From the NCBI GenBank assembly GCA_964538855.1, contig CAZIEY010000001.1, positions 314,188 to 378,187 on the forward strand: DNA of 64,000 nucleotides, given 5' to 3'. The translations under genes and the position numbers were made by a program. This document shows positions 18,356 to 28,331 of the stretch, one piece after another (within the stretch, counting starts at the first letter, position 1; the number at the start of each line of letters is the position of its first letter). This DNA is from an uncultured Candidatus Saccharibacteria bacterium (lineage in GTDB: Bacteria > Patescibacteriota > Minisyncoccia > Phycocordibacterales > JAACPR01). Below the pieces are notes generated by a model. That model was not told the origin of the DNA, did not search any database, and saw only the letters and a list, made by a program, of their open reading frames with translations.

Positions 18356-19156
18356 TTACGCAGCGGGGTAACGTGCCACGGTGTCGCCCAGCAGAAACCT
18401 CCGAGCCCTCTCGCGCTCAGCTGTCATGTCAGGTGTAACGGGATTTTCCGTAAGAATCGTCTGAGCCACGTCAGTCATTCGCAGATAGCTTTTGACTTCC
18501 GCTGGCCCAAAATCAGCCGTCGCGGCGAGAATTTTATCCGGAATGCCTCGGACCGAAGGGGACTCAAAGAGTCCTTCGCCCGTCAACACATCCGAATCAA
18601 ACGCCCGCCCCAAACCCTCGCGGGTATTGTAGTAGTCTGATCCGTACAGCGCCGCACGGTCGTCGTGGTGGAGAGCAATCACACAGCAGCTGCATGCATG
18701 CGTGATGTGAAGTCCGTCTTGCGCCCAGAGTAGGGCGTTGATGTCTTTCATGCTCCGTCGCCGTAACGCCATTTTTTCGGCGGCGATGTGCATCAATTCC
18801 GTTTCCGGGGTTTTAATCCGATAAACGGCATTGTGTTTGCGTGACCAGAACAGGATGGACAAGGGGTTGATTGCCACCTTGATATCCGCACCACCTCGTA
18901 CACTCGAGAAACTGCTTTCACGGAACCTTTGAACCATTTCAACTGTGCCGAGGACTTCAGCCATGCGGGGATTATTGATCGCCCCCGCAATACCTTCAAT
19001 GGTCTGCCGGTCGACGTTGGGATAATGCCGAGCCATAATCTCGGCGTCGCGCGGGTCGTAAAACCCGTGCAAGGTCCTTGCACCTGTCCGACTTAGCGCT
19101 GGTGCGCTTTTGTGGGCGGGCGTAAGGGTCTCATACCAATCACATACGTTGCACAT
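18356..19156 (-). CDS. Hypothetical Cys/His-rich protein, GC-richer than flanks
   Basis: GGAGGAG SD; MCNVC and HITHACSCCVIALHH motifs. Confidence 0.7.
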   Translation of the reverse strand: MCNVCDWYETLTPAHKSAPALSRTGARTLHGFYDPRDAEIMARHYPNVDRQTIEGIAGAINNPRMAEVLGTVEMVQRFRESSFSSVRGGADIKVAINPLSILFWSRKHNAVYRIKTPETELMHIAAEKMALRRRSMKDINALLWAQDGLHITHACSCCVIALHHDDRAALYGSDYYNTREGLGRAFDSDVLTGEGLFESPSVRGIPDKILAATADFGPAEVKSYLRMTDVAQTILTENPVTPDMTAERERARRFLLGDTVARYPAA

Positions 19157-19269
19157 GTGGTCTCCTCCATATTGCGCTGTTGCGCGGGTTTCAAAGAACT
19201 CCTATCGATGATCGTTTCCAATCATCCACAAACAGACACTCGATGTGCATATCTGTGGATGGTAAGAAA

Positions 19270-20121
19270 TTATTTTTGTGTATTGAAGTTGGCGTGTCGA
19301 ATAAATTTTGCTTTAGTGCGTTCCATACGATCGTTGCGATTTAATTGGGAAGCTTTTGTATATAGAAGCGCCAATTCGTCCTGCCAATCCATAGCAGACG
19401 CGCTCGGATCAGTACGCACACTGTTGTTGTGACGTAAATATATATCGACGCCTTTCGCGAGGTGTGTAGAAATAAAGGCAAGGTCGTCATCTGTCATAAT
19501 TTTGTTTGCAACCAGGACATGCGGTGTATTGTAAAATTTAAGCAAATCAATTATTTGTTGTGCGGTCTTAATGCTGTGTAGTGTTGGTTCACACACAACT
19601 ACTGCAACATCGACGCCAGTAACGATACCTGTAGTGACGCCATCGGCACCCGCTTTTTCGTCTACAATTACGTCTTGATTTTCACCTAAATCCAAAAGTG
19701 GCAGATAAATTTTTAGTGGCGTCGTCAAAATGTGGCTGCATGATTGTCCGTACATCACTTGGTCTGTTTGTGGACCTGCGGCCATGATTCTCATCTGTGA
19801 TGTTGGGTAGGAATATTTTTTCGTAAAAGCATCTATACGTTCCTTTTGAAATGAGAAACGAACATTGGTCTCTCGCAAAAATACTTGAGAATATTTTTCA
19901 TGGGATTTTACACCGACATAATATTGCAATTCGAGGAGGGAGGCACCTAGATAGGGCATATCACGAGGTATTTCACCATGTGTCAGGTTAAAACTCAGAT
20001 CCATATTGTGATCTGCATCAATCGCCAAAACATCTTTTTCTTGGCGACACAAAAAAAGTGCCATCTGAGTCGCTACAGATGATTTGCCACTTCCTCCTTT
20101 ACCTAAAAAACCTAGTATCAT
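19270..20121 (-). CDS. CooC-like (MinD/ParA superfamily) ATPase
   Basis: GKGGSGKSS, IDADHNMDL, VDEKAGAD and EPTLHSI motifs. Confidence 0.85.
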   Translation of the reverse strand: MILGFLGKGGSGKSSVATQMALFLCRQEKDVLAIDADHNMDLSFNLTHGEIPRDMPYLGASLLELQYYVGVKSHEKYSQVFLRETNVRFSFQKERIDAFTKKYSYPTSQMRIMAAGPQTDQVMYGQSCSHILTTPLKIYLPLLDLGENQDVIVDEKAGADGVTTGIVTGVDVAVVVCEPTLHSIKTAQQIIDLLKFYNTPHVLVANKIMTDDDLAFISTHLAKGVDIYLRHNNSVRTDPSASAMDWQDELALLYTKASQLNRNDRMERTKAKFIRHANFNTQK

Positions 20122-20159
20122 GCTTTGTTGTAATTCACCCAGTATTGTGTTCGAACCTA

Positions 20160-20218
20160 ATACAAGTGAGTTGCATTTAGATTATCACGATGTTGTTGTA
20201 GTTGCAAGTTATTTGCAT
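20160..20218. promoter_or_regulatory. Two Zur/Fur-like boxes
   Basis: ATACAAGTGAGTTGCAT (20160-76) and TTGCAAGTTATTTGCAT (20202-18). Confidence 0.5.
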
Positions 20219-20259
20219 TACGCTGTTGTGATAGTATATATTTACATGCCCCCAACTTT

Positions 20260-20427
20260 TTCGCTCCCGGTACACATATCAAAATGTTTGTTGTGAAAAA
20301 CGTGAATCCATCAAACCTTAATTTGCGTGAGGGTAAAAGCATAAAGAAAATGACTATCGAAGAAGCTCAGCAACATTCAGAAGTGACTGATTTTACTAAA
20401 GAGGTTTTGATTAAATACAAGTCATAG
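20260..20427 (+). pseudogene. Possible gene fragment (NUDIX C-terminal-like)
   Basis: Open frame FAPGTHIKMFVVKNVNPSNLNLREGKSIKKMTIEEAQQ...; no Nudix box present. Confidence 0.3.
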
Positions 20428-20445
20428 ATTTGCTAAACTACCCAC

Positions 20446-20862
20446 ATGAACCCATCACAAGAAAAACTTCAATCCGCAATGAAATTCGCAATGGAACATC
20501 GTCCCAAAGTCGGCGGGTTTCCATTTCTTGCGGAGTGTTTGCGACGTGCAGGTGTAAAGAAAAACATCTGGTCTCTGCCGGGCGCCCAGAGTGTCTATAT
20601 TTTTGAAAACGACGCCGTTGTGATGCAGGGAACTCCTCTCATTACGGGCATGGCAGCGATTCCAACTTTTAATAAAGAAGCACTCGTCACCGCGTTGCGC
20701 ATAGACCAAGCAGGGCAGAGTACATTTCCAGAATTTCTCATGTTGGCCTGGCATGTCGGTGTTGTCGGATATAATGTCGATTGTGAAGCTCGTGTTGTCA
20801 CATATTACGGAGCGCACGGTGAAATGTATGAAGAATCATACGATGCCGTAGAGACATGGTAA
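20446..20862 (+). CDS. DUF1398 family protein
   Basis: FP.LAE.LR.AGV, DQAGQSTFPEFL, VGV..Y.VD...R.VTYYG. Confidence 0.85.
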   Translation: MNPSQEKLQSAMKFAMEHRPKVGGFPFLAECLRRAGVKKNIWSLPGAQSVYIFENDAVVMQGTPLITGMAAIPTFNKEALVTALRIDQAGQSTFPEFLMLAWHVGVVGYNVDCEARVVTYYGAHGEMYEESYDAVETW

Positions 20863-20876
20863 AATAGAGTTACGTT

Positions 20877-22505
20877 ATGTCGCAAAGCTCCTCGCAAAAA
20901 AACAATTGGTCTCGCACCGCTGTCGTCTATCAAATTTATCCGCGCAGTTTTAAGGACTCGAACAATGACGGAATAGGGGATCTCGCCGGCATTATTGAAA
21001 AGTTGGACTATTTGAATGATGGCACAGAAAAATCTCTTGGTGTCACTGCGATCTGGATTAACCCAGTTTTTCCTTCGCCAATGTGGGATTTTGGATATGA
21101 CATTTCAAACTATTGTGACATTGATCCACTTTTTGGAGACTTGCAGACGTTCGATCGATTGGTTGCCGAGGCACATAAACGCGGCATTAAAATTATTATG
21201 GATTTCGTGGCGAATCACACATCGGAAGAACATCCATGGTTTGTTGAATCTCGCTCTTCAAAAAATAATCCGAAACGCGATTGGTATATTTGGCGCGACC
21301 CAAAACCGAATGGACGGGCACCGAACAATTGGTTGTCGGTTTTCGGAGGTTCGGCGTGGAAGCTCGACCCGACGACAGGGCAATATTACATGCACAGTTT
21401 TTTGTCATGCCAGCCTGATTTGAATTGGAGAAATCCAGAGGTGCGCGCCGCGATGTCGGACGTTTTGAAATTTTGGCTTGCGCGCGGAGTCGATGGGTTC
21501 CGCTCTGACGCTGCGTATTTTTTAATTAAAGACGATCAATTCCGCGATGACCCAATCAACCCCGAATATATTGCAGGCGTTGATGATCCGTATGAATCGC
21601 TCGTGCACACCTACAGCCAAGGTCGTCCTGAATTATTGGAAACGACAAATCATATTTGTAATGTCTTGGGCGAGCACGGTGCGGACGCGTTTTTGATGAG
21701 CGAAGCCTACTTGGAACTTCCTCAAATGATTAATTTGTATGGTGCATGCAGTAATGATTTACAAGCTCCCCTCAATTTTAATTTGATGGGTTTGATGTGG
21801 GATGCTGGAATTTTTAAAAAGTTTGTCGATGAATTTGAAGCGAAGCTCGATCCATCTGATTGGCCGAATTATGTTTTGGGAAATCACGACAGGTCGCGTC
21901 TCGCGACACGTCTTGGTCCTGACAGGGCACGGGTGGCGGCGATGCTCATTTTTACGTTGCGCGGAATGCCTTTTATTTATTACGGTGATGAATTGGGGAT
22001 GACTGATGTCGCAATTTCTGCTCAATCAGAAAAAGATCCATTTGGAAAAAACGTGCCAGGTTTGGATGTGGGGCGTGATCCAGAGCGAACTCCGATGCAG
22101 TGGGACAATTCGTACGGTGCTGGTTTTACTAAAGGCCAGTTGTGGTTACCAGTCGCACCGGATTTCGCCACAAAAAATGTCGCGGTTGAATCGGCCGACA
22201 CGAATTCGATGTTATCGTTTTACAAAAAGATGATTCATTTCCGTACGAAATCACAAGTACTTTTACACGGCGTATATACACCAGTCGATAGTGGTAATGA
22301 AAGTATATTTGCTTTTATCAGGGAACTCGACGGTCAAAAGATTCTTGTGATGTTAAATTTTACAAATTCAAAACAGCGCGCAAAGCCGTCTCATCTGGGT
22401 TCTATCGCGATTAGCACTCATACCAATCGCGTGGTCGGGGAAGAGGTGCAAACAAAAGAATTTGTGATGCAACCATACGAGGGTGTTGTGATTAGGGTTG
22501 TGTAA
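20877..22505 (+). CDS. GH13 alpha-glucosidase / oligo-1,6-glucosidase
   Basis: YQIYPRSF.DSN.DG.GDL, DFVANHTS, QPDLNW, DGFRSD and NHD motifs. Confidence 0.95.
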   Translation: MSQSSSQKNNWSRTAVVYQIYPRSFKDSNNDGIGDLAGIIEKLDYLNDGTEKSLGVTAIWINPVFPSPMWDFGYDISNYCDIDPLFGDLQTFDRLVAEAHKRGIKIIMDFVANHTSEEHPWFVESRSSKNNPKRDWYIWRDPKPNGRAPNNWLSVFGGSAWKLDPTTGQYYMHSFLSCQPDLNWRNPEVRAAMSDVLKFWLARGVDGFRSDAAYFLIKDDQFRDDPINPEYIAGVDDPYESLVHTYSQGRPELLETTNHICNVLGEHGADAFLMSEAYLELPQMINLYGACSNDLQAPLNFNLMGLMWDAGIFKKFVDEFEAKLDPSDWPNYVLGNHDRSRLATRLGPDRARVAAMLIFTLRGMPFIYYGDELGMTDVAISAQSEKDPFGKNVPGLDVGRDPERTPMQWDNSYGAGFTKGQLWLPVAPDFATKNVAVESADTNSMLSFYKKMIHFRTKSQVLLHGVYTPVDSGNESIFAFIRELDGQKILVMLNFTNSKQRAKPSHLGSIAISTHTNRVVGEEVQTKEFVMQPYEGVVIRVV

Positions 22506-22601
22506 CACATTACCTTTTATTGTTGACTGGGTACATCAAATATTATAATGTGTAATTTGGTGCTGAACTGAACATCAACAACGCAATGGAAAGGAATTGC
22601 C

Positions 22602-23087
22602 GTGGATTCATCTCTCATATCGGAAATAAAGGAACTTGCGGAGCGAGGTTACCATGAGGCAGTCAACCTGCACAAGACGCCTTACAAGGGCGGCTGGATG
22701 TGTGTGGTCGACGAACATCTCTGCACGACGGACGTGTTTGCGGTTGGTCAGCCGATCCATCATGATGAAAAGACTGGCGGGTGGAATAGTAACTGCCAGA
22801 ATAAGTCCACGCGCCTGAAGCAAAATCCCGACCATGTTTCTGCCTACCAAAGCTTCGACTTGGAAAAAAAGCGTTACTTTGGTGGAATCAGGATTCGACG
22901 CTTGAGCCTCATCATCACCTTTTCGGGTTTGTCTCAGGAGTTGGATGAAGCCCTCTGCGCCTGGATCGCAGTGCAACTGCGGAGTGTTACCGGCATGACG
23001 CACGAGGAATGGTGGGAGATCCGCGACCTCAGCGGCAACCTGCACATGGTTGAGTACGGGATGATCTCTCCTGCGACTGCTGCATAG
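22602..23087 (+). CDS. Hypothetical protein, weakly GlcG/HbpS-like
   Basis: Own promoter (TTGACT..TATAAT), SD AAAGGA, GGIR...TFSGLSQELDEA motif, downstream terminator. Confidence 0.65.
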   Translation: MDSSLISEIKELAERGYHEAVNLHKTPYKGGWMCVVDEHLCTTDVFAVGQPIHHDEKTGGWNSNCQNKSTRLKQNPDHVSAYQSFDLEKKRYFGGIRIRRLSLIITFSGLSQELDEALCAWIAVQLRSVTGMTHEEWWEIRDLSGNLHMVEYGMISPATAA

Positions 23088-23139
23088 CAACCCTCAAGGT
23101 TGCGTATGCAAAAGCCCGACCGTAAGGCCGGGCTTTTTT
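23081..23139 (+). terminator. Tandem hairpins / terminator
   Basis: TGCATAGCAACC..GGTTGCGTATGCA followed by AAAGCCCG..CGGGCTTTTTT. Confidence 0.7.
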
Positions 23140-23189
23140 AAATTAAAATCCACTACCAGCGCCACATGATCTGATACTTCATCCGATAC

Positions 23190-23774
23190 CTAACCTTTCT
23201 TATAATATCTTTTCGCGATCCCAAAAATGACAACAACCACTGTCGCCCCTACAATCACCATCCAAGCATTTTTACCAAGTATGTCACGCAAGAGAAATCC
23301 TCCCCATGTGCCAGCGAAACCCCAGAGCGCAGAACCGCCGAGGCTGTACCACACGTAACGTTTGACGGGAATTTGTCGAGCACCTGCAAGGAGAGAGGGG
23401 ATTGATCGAACTACAGGAATCAAACGCCCGAGTACTACGAAATAAAAGAGGCGGCGTTCGAATATATCCCATGCACTTGAAAACTTTTCCTTCTCCAGCA
23501 CATTTTTAATCATCGAAAATCTCTGACCATATCTCCCTAAATAATATCCGAACATATCACCAGTAAAATTTCCGGCAATTAGCAATATCATTGCAACCCA
23601 AGGACTGAATGCTCCAGCCTCGGCGTACGTTCCAATTAGAAAAGAAATTGTTCCGCCAGGGTAGAGCGAGCCAATAATTGGCGCTCCTTCAACGAGTCCA
23701 GATAAAAGAATCACCAGATATTTCCAGTCGTTTGCAAGTAGAGTAGTGATTACATTTGAAACCCAGTCAATCAT
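23190..23774 (-). CDS. DedA family membrane protein
   Basis: PGG, GD..GYYLGR and GRLIP.VRS...AG motifs. Confidence 0.9.
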   Translation of the reverse strand: MIDWVSNVITTLLANDWKYLVILLSGLVEGAPIIGSLYPGGTISFLIGTYAEAGAFSPWVAMILLIAGNFTGDMFGYYLGRYGQRFSMIKNVLEKEKFSSAWDIFERRLFYFVVLGRLIPVVRSIPSLLAGARQIPVKRYVWYSLGGSALWGFAGTWGGFLLRDILGKNAWMVIVGATVVVVIFGIAKRYYKKG

Positions 23775-23883
23775 AGCGATATTGTAGCATAGGTGTACCG
23801 TCTTTGACGTGCTGTGAGGGTTTTGGTATTCTCTATATTAGAGGAACCATATCGGTTCTATTGCAATTGAAAGGGTCTGTTCA

Positions 23884-24033
23884 ATGTCTCTTGTCCAACA
23901 GTCTGAAGGGTCGGCACTGCCTGGTGAGCCGATCATCGATTTTTACGATACCATGTATGATTTTGGTTTTTTGGTGCCGTGGCATTTATTCTGGGATGAG
24001 CTTCCACCTTTTAACCCAACCTTAGTGAGGTAA
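23884..24033 (+). CDS. Putative small protein (49 aa, MSLVQQSEGSALPGEPIIDFYD...)
   Basis: Not in the track; promoter-like TTGACG..TATTCT, AAAGGG upstream, terminator CCACGC..GCGTGG plus T-run at about 24070-24110. Confidence 0.4.
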   Translation: MSLVQQSEGSALPGEPIIDFYDTMYDFGFLVPWHLFWDELPPFNPTLVR

Positions 24034-24126
24034 CCTGCGCAGACGGGGATATCTTCACTCAACCCAATTCGCCACGCCCCAGGAGGAGCGTGGCAGTTTT
24101 CTTTTTTTTCGTGTAATATACAAAAT

Positions 24127-25014
24127 ATGTTAATCACCAAACCTTCCGCAGATTACGAGCTTCTCGATTCCGGCAACCTTCACAAATTAGAGCGTTTCGG
24201 AAATTTTGTGCTGTCTCGACCTGACCCGCAGGCGATTTGGCTTCCAAAAATGACAGAGGCAGAATGGCAAGAGCGCGCTGATGCGTGGTTTGTTCGCGAG
24301 GGAAAAAAGACTGATTGGAAAACCAAGGTTGATTTTCCAAAAGAGTGGCCGATTGAATTTGGTGGGCTAAAGTTTTTGATTCGACCGAACTTGTTCAAGC
24401 ACACAGGACTTTTCCCAGAGCAATTATCAAATTGGGAATGGATGGCGGATTTGATTTCAAAGCGAATCGAGAGCGCTCCGACTGCGACACCACCGAATGT
24501 GCTCAATCTTTTTGGTTACACTGGCGGGGCGAGTCTCGCGTGCGTCAAAGCTGGTGCGACCGTTACACATCTCGATGGATCGAAATCTGTGATTGCGTGG
24601 GTACGCGAAAATGCAGAATTGTCGGGACTTGCAGAGAAACCGCTTCGTTCAATTTGCGATGATGCAATTGTGTTTGTGAAGCGCGAAATAAAACGAGGGA
24701 ATAGATATGACGGAATTTTGCTCGACCCACCAGCATTCGGAAACGGTCCGACCGGAGAAAAATGGCTCATTGAAGAAGATTTGCCAGAATTAATTTCGCT
24801 TTTGCGCGAAGTGTTAACCGACAAACCTCTCTTTTTCCTCGTGAATGGTTACGCGAGTGGATATTCTTCGACTGGTTACATGAACTTGGTGCGGCCGACT
24901 CTCGAAAAATTTGGTGGCACTTTTGAAAATGGGGAATTGGGAATTCAGGAATCTGGCGACAATGCGCGAATTTTACCGTGTGGAATTTATGCAAGGTGGA
25001 GTGCAGAGCGATAA
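24127..25014 (+). CDS. SAM-dependent methyltransferase (RlmI/RlmK-like)
   Basis: YELLDSG, HTGLFPEQ, VLNLFGYTGG and LDPPAFG motifs. Confidence 0.9.
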   Translation: MLITKPSADYELLDSGNLHKLERFGNFVLSRPDPQAIWLPKMTEAEWQERADAWFVREGKKTDWKTKVDFPKEWPIEFGGLKFLIRPNLFKHTGLFPEQLSNWEWMADLISKRIESAPTATPPNVLNLFGYTGGASLACVKAGATVTHLDGSKSVIAWVRENAELSGLAEKPLRSICDDAIVFVKREIKRGNRYDGILLDPPAFGNGPTGEKWLIEEDLPELISLLREVLTDKPLFFLVNGYASGYSSTGYMNLVRPTLEKFGGTFENGELGIQESGDNARILPCGIYARWSAER

Positions 25015-25066
25015 ACTCGCTTGCAGCTTTCGTAAAAAGTGATTTGATTATATGAGGAGGTGGTGT

Positions 25067-25231
25067 ATGGAACCTGCATCGATCCAGTACAAAATATTTC
25101 TTGTGCTCTGCATTCTGGTCTTTGTGATAGGTCTGACAGCCCACTTTGTGGGTGATGAGGACTTCTCAAAGCAGGAACGCCGCGGCAGGGCAAGAATCAT
25201 GCTAAATCTTTTACAAGGGCGCGCGCCCTGA
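25067..25231 (+). CDS. Putative small single-TM protein (54 aa, [23 protein letters not shown]...)
   Basis: Not in the track; near-perfect SD AGGAGGTG upstream; one hydrophobic helix. Confidence 0.5.
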   Translation: MEPASIQYKIFLVLCILVFVIGLTAHFVGDEDFSKQERRGRARIMLNLLQGRAP

Positions 25232-25275
25232 TGCACCATCACACGGTGCATTTTCAAATTGTGTATACTATACCT

Positions 25276-26208
25276 ATGAACAAAGCATATTTCGCCGGTG
25301 GATGTTTTTGGTGTATGGAGCCAGCATTTCGAATTAAAAAAGGTGTGACTGATGTTCGCGTTGGTTACATTGGTCCAGAGAGCACGCGAGGCACAGTGAC
25401 CTACGATGACTTGCACGCAGGTAATTCTGGTTACGTCGAAGGCGCCGAAGTCTCTTATGACGAATCAAAAACTTCGTACGCAGAATTAGTCGAAGTTTTT
25501 TGGCGAGGCATTGATCCGACCGACGCAGGCGGGCAGTTTCATGACAGGGGAGATGAATATAAAACCGCAATTTACTTTACAACCGACGCAGAACACGCCG
25601 CTGCCGAACGCTCCAAAAAGATGCTCGCCGATTCCGGAAAATTCGACAAACCAATCGCGACCGCTATTTTGCCCTTCGACCATTTCTATCCTGCCGAAGA
25701 TTATCATCAGCGATATTTCGAAACGAACGCCGAACATTATAATGCGTATGCAAAAGGGTCTGGCCGGAAAGATTTTATAAAAAAGACATGGGGCGATGTC
25801 GAAAAATTGACTCCGCTTCAATATAAAGTGACACAAACCTGCGGAACCGAAATTCCTTTTCAAAATGAATATTGGGACAATCATCGCGACGGAATTTATG
25901 TCGATGTCGTTTCTGGCGAACCACTTTTTTCTTCGCACGACAAATTTGATTCTGGCACCGGCTGGCCAAGTTTTGTGAAGCCAATTAAACAGGGGAGTGT
26001 GAAAGAATACCTTGATGAATCGCACGGCATGATTCGTACCGAAGTAAAAAGTGTGGTCGGAAATTCGCATCTTGGGCATGTATTTGATTATGGCTCTCTT
26101 AAAAAAGGCGAGCGACATTATTGTGTTAATTCCGCGTCGCTCCGATTTATTTCGAAAGAGGATTTGGAGAAGGAGGGGTATGGGGAGTATCTTGCGCTAT
26201 TTAAATAA
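25276..26208 (+). CDS. msrAB: Peptide methionine sulfoxide reductase MsrA-MsrB fusion
   Basis: FAGGCFWC and AEDYHQ (MsrA); [15 protein letters not shown] and YCVNS (MsrB). Confidence 0.95.
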   Translation: MNKAYFAGGCFWCMEPAFRIKKGVTDVRVGYIGPESTRGTVTYDDLHAGNSGYVEGAEVSYDESKTSYAELVEVFWRGIDPTDAGGQFHDRGDEYKTAIYFTTDAEHAAAERSKKMLADSGKFDKPIATAILPFDHFYPAEDYHQRYFETNAEHYNAYAKGSGRKDFIKKTWGDVEKLTPLQYKVTQTCGTEIPFQNEYWDNHRDGIYVDVVSGEPLFSSHDKFDSGTGWPSFVKPIKQGSVKEYLDESHGMIRTEVKSVVGNSHLGHVFDYGSLKKGERHYCVNSASLRFISKEDLEKEGYGEYLALFK

Positions 26209-26222
26209 GTTACAATGCAATT

Positions 26223-27431
26223 ATGAAAAAAGACCGATACTTGTGGTATTTATATGACTTCGCGAATTCAATTGCACTTATCAGCGTGCTTTATTATTTC
26301 AGTTTATGGGCGGTTGTCCAAAACGGCATGAGTCAATGGATTGTGAGCATTCCAGTTTCTTTATCAACAATAGTTTTGTTGTTTGTAATGCCGGGTATTG
26401 CTCGCCGAGTCGATCAAAAACAGACGCACAAAAAAGTTATGCTTACATTCAGTGCTCTCGCAGCTCTGTGTATTTTGATTTTGTCTCTTCTGAAGCCATC
26501 ATCGTATTTACCATATCTGGTGTTCATTATTTATTTTCTCTTTTATTTTTGTTACAACAGCGGGTACGTATTTTTCACTTCATTTATTCAGACCGTGAGC
26601 GAAGAAAAAGATAGAGTAGCAACATCTGGTTTTGGACAGATGTGGGGTCAGCTCGGAAATTTGGCTGGTGTCATGCTCTCATTCGCGACTGCAGGCCTCG
26701 CGCTGTTTGGAATTATTGGTGCGCAACAAGTTTTTCTATGGGCAGCAATCGTGTTCATAGTCCTGCTGATTCCAATGTTGTGGTTTAGAAACAATCCCGT
26801 CGCCGATGTGCGAATTGAAACGGATGAACCACAAGTGAATCTTTCTACTATTAAAAAAATCTATCAAAATAAAAAAGCGTTTTGGTTTTTGATGTCATAC
26901 ATTTTTTATGCCGATTCAATGATGACGATCTCATTCTTTCTCACGCTTTATTTAAGCAAGGCAGTTGGGTTAAGGGATGACATTATTAAAATCGCAGGTG
27001 TCTCGATGTTAGTCGGAACAATCGTGGGGGCATTGCTTACTGCAGCATTACGTAAGAAGGGGCAGTTAGTATCGCTTAAAAACATTCTGTTTATTTGGCC
27101 AGTTCTCGTACTTGCAACCGCACTTGTGAGTGGTAAGGGTGTAGTTTTGGCGCTTCTATTTGTGACTGGTATTGTATTCAGTATGATATTTGCGATGTCT
27201 CGTTCGTTTTATTCAACACTTGTTCCTGTCGCAGAGCGCGCTGAATTTTTTTCAGTCTACGTTATTTTCGAAAGAATGGGTGCGATTGTCGGACCTCTTA
27301 TTTGGTCTGCGACCATTTCGATTTTTATGTTTATGGGGGAAAGTGTCGCGTATCGGATCGCGATGGGTGTCACCGCGCTCATTACTATCGGCTCAATAAT
27401 TATGTTGAGGAAAGTCGAGCGAATTGATTAA
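26223..27431 (+). CDS. MFS transporter (Atg22/UMF1-like)
   Basis: WYLYDFANS, about 12 TM helices, SRSFYSTLVP...AEFF. Confidence 0.88.
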   Translation: MKKDRYLWYLYDFANSIALISVLYYFSLWAVVQNGMSQWIVSIPVSLSTIVLLFVMPGIARRVDQKQTHKKVMLTFSALAALCILILSLLKPSSYLPYLVFIIYFLFYFCYNSGYVFFTSFIQTVSEEKDRVATSGFGQMWGQLGNLAGVMLSFATAGLALFGIIGAQQVFLWAAIVFIVLLIPMLWFRNNPVADVRIETDEPQVNLSTIKKIYQNKKAFWFLMSYIFYADSMMTISFFLTLYLSKAVGLRDDIIKIAGVSMLVGTIVGALLTAALRKKGQLVSLKNILFIWPVLVLATALVSGKGVVLALLFVTGIVFSMIFAMSRSFYSTLVPVAERAEFFSVYVIFERMGAIVGPLIWSATISIFMFMGESVAYRIAMGVTALITIGSIIMLRKVERID

Positions 27432-27458
27432 TTTCATTTTTCTGGCAATATACATCAC

Positions 27459-27848
27459 ATGAGATACCTCGGCATCGATTATGGAACAAAACGCGTCGGC
27501 ATCGCCATGTCGGATGAAAACGGCGAGATGGCTTTCCCGAAAGAAGTTTTAAAAAACGACGCCCGCCTCGTGGAGAATTTGCGAAAGATCGTCATTGAAA
27601 ATGAGATTAAAAAAGTCGTCATTGGCGAATCAAAAGACTTCAAGATGCAAGACAACGACATAATGGGGGACATCATCGACCTGCACGACGTGATTGAAAA
27701 AGACATCGGCGTCGACACAGAACTTCATCCTGAATTCATGTCGTCACAGCAAGCCGAATTTTTTCAAGGCAAAACCGCCACTACCGACGCATCTGCCGCA
27801 ACAATCATTTTGCAAAGCTACCTCGACACACTTAAACATAAAAAATAA
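27459..27848 (+). CDS. ruvX: YqgF/RuvX pre-16S rRNA nuclease
   Basis: LGIDYGTKRVGIA.SD and D..AA.IILQSYLD motifs. Confidence 0.92.
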   Translation: MRYLGIDYGTKRVGIAMSDENGEMAFPKEVLKNDARLVENLRKIVIENEIKKVVIGESKDFKMQDNDIMGDIIDLHDVIEKDIGVDTELHPEFMSSQQAEFFQGKTATTDASAATIILQSYLDTLKHKK

Positions 27849-27853
27849 AACAC

Positions 27854-28279
27854 ATGACAGACCAACAAAAACCAATTGAAACTACTGCGCCAGTCGTACC
27901 GGCTACACCCGCGACACCTGTTGAACCTGCTACGCCTGCCGCGCCAGCTTCTCCAAAAATTTCAATCGATGATCTCGCCAAAGTGGAAATTTCCGTCGGC
28001 CAAATTAAAACCGCAGAAAAAGTTCCAAACGCTGACCGACTCTTGCGCCTCACTGTTGATTTCGGTACAGAAGTCCGCCAAATCGTTTCAGGTATCGCAG
28101 AATATTACACCCCAGAACAAATCATCGGTAAAAAATGTCCGTTCATCACCAATTTGCAACCGCGTGTCATCAAAGGCCTCGAGAGCAACGGCATGATTTT
28201 GGCCGCTAAAGACACAGCAGGGAATTTCTCACTCCTCGACGTCGATCAGAAAATTTTGCCGGGTACGAAACTTTCGTAA
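27854..28279 (+). CDS. Stand-alone tRNA-binding OB-fold protein (Trbp111 / MetRS C-domain-like)
   Basis: ADRLLRL.VDFG..RQIVSGIA and NL.PR.I.G.ESNGMILA motifs; Pro/Ala/Thr-rich N-tail. Confidence 0.88.
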   Translation: MTDQQKPIETTAPVVPATPATPVEPATPAAPASPKISIDDLAKVEISVGQIKTAEKVPNADRLLRLTVDFGTEVRQIVSGIAEYYTPEQIIGKKCPFITNLQPRVIKGLESNGMILAAKDTAGNFSLLDVDQKILPGTKLS

Positions 28280-28331
28280 CCCCTTAATATTTTCGGCTTG
28301 GCGCGCATTTTTTGCGGTATAATAGTGGCAC

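Noticed and set aside
25486-26118. 210-aa minus-strand ORF and similar antisense ORFs (2070-2657, 55494-56027, 60523-60972)
   Set aside because: Shadows of well-supported genes on the opposite strand
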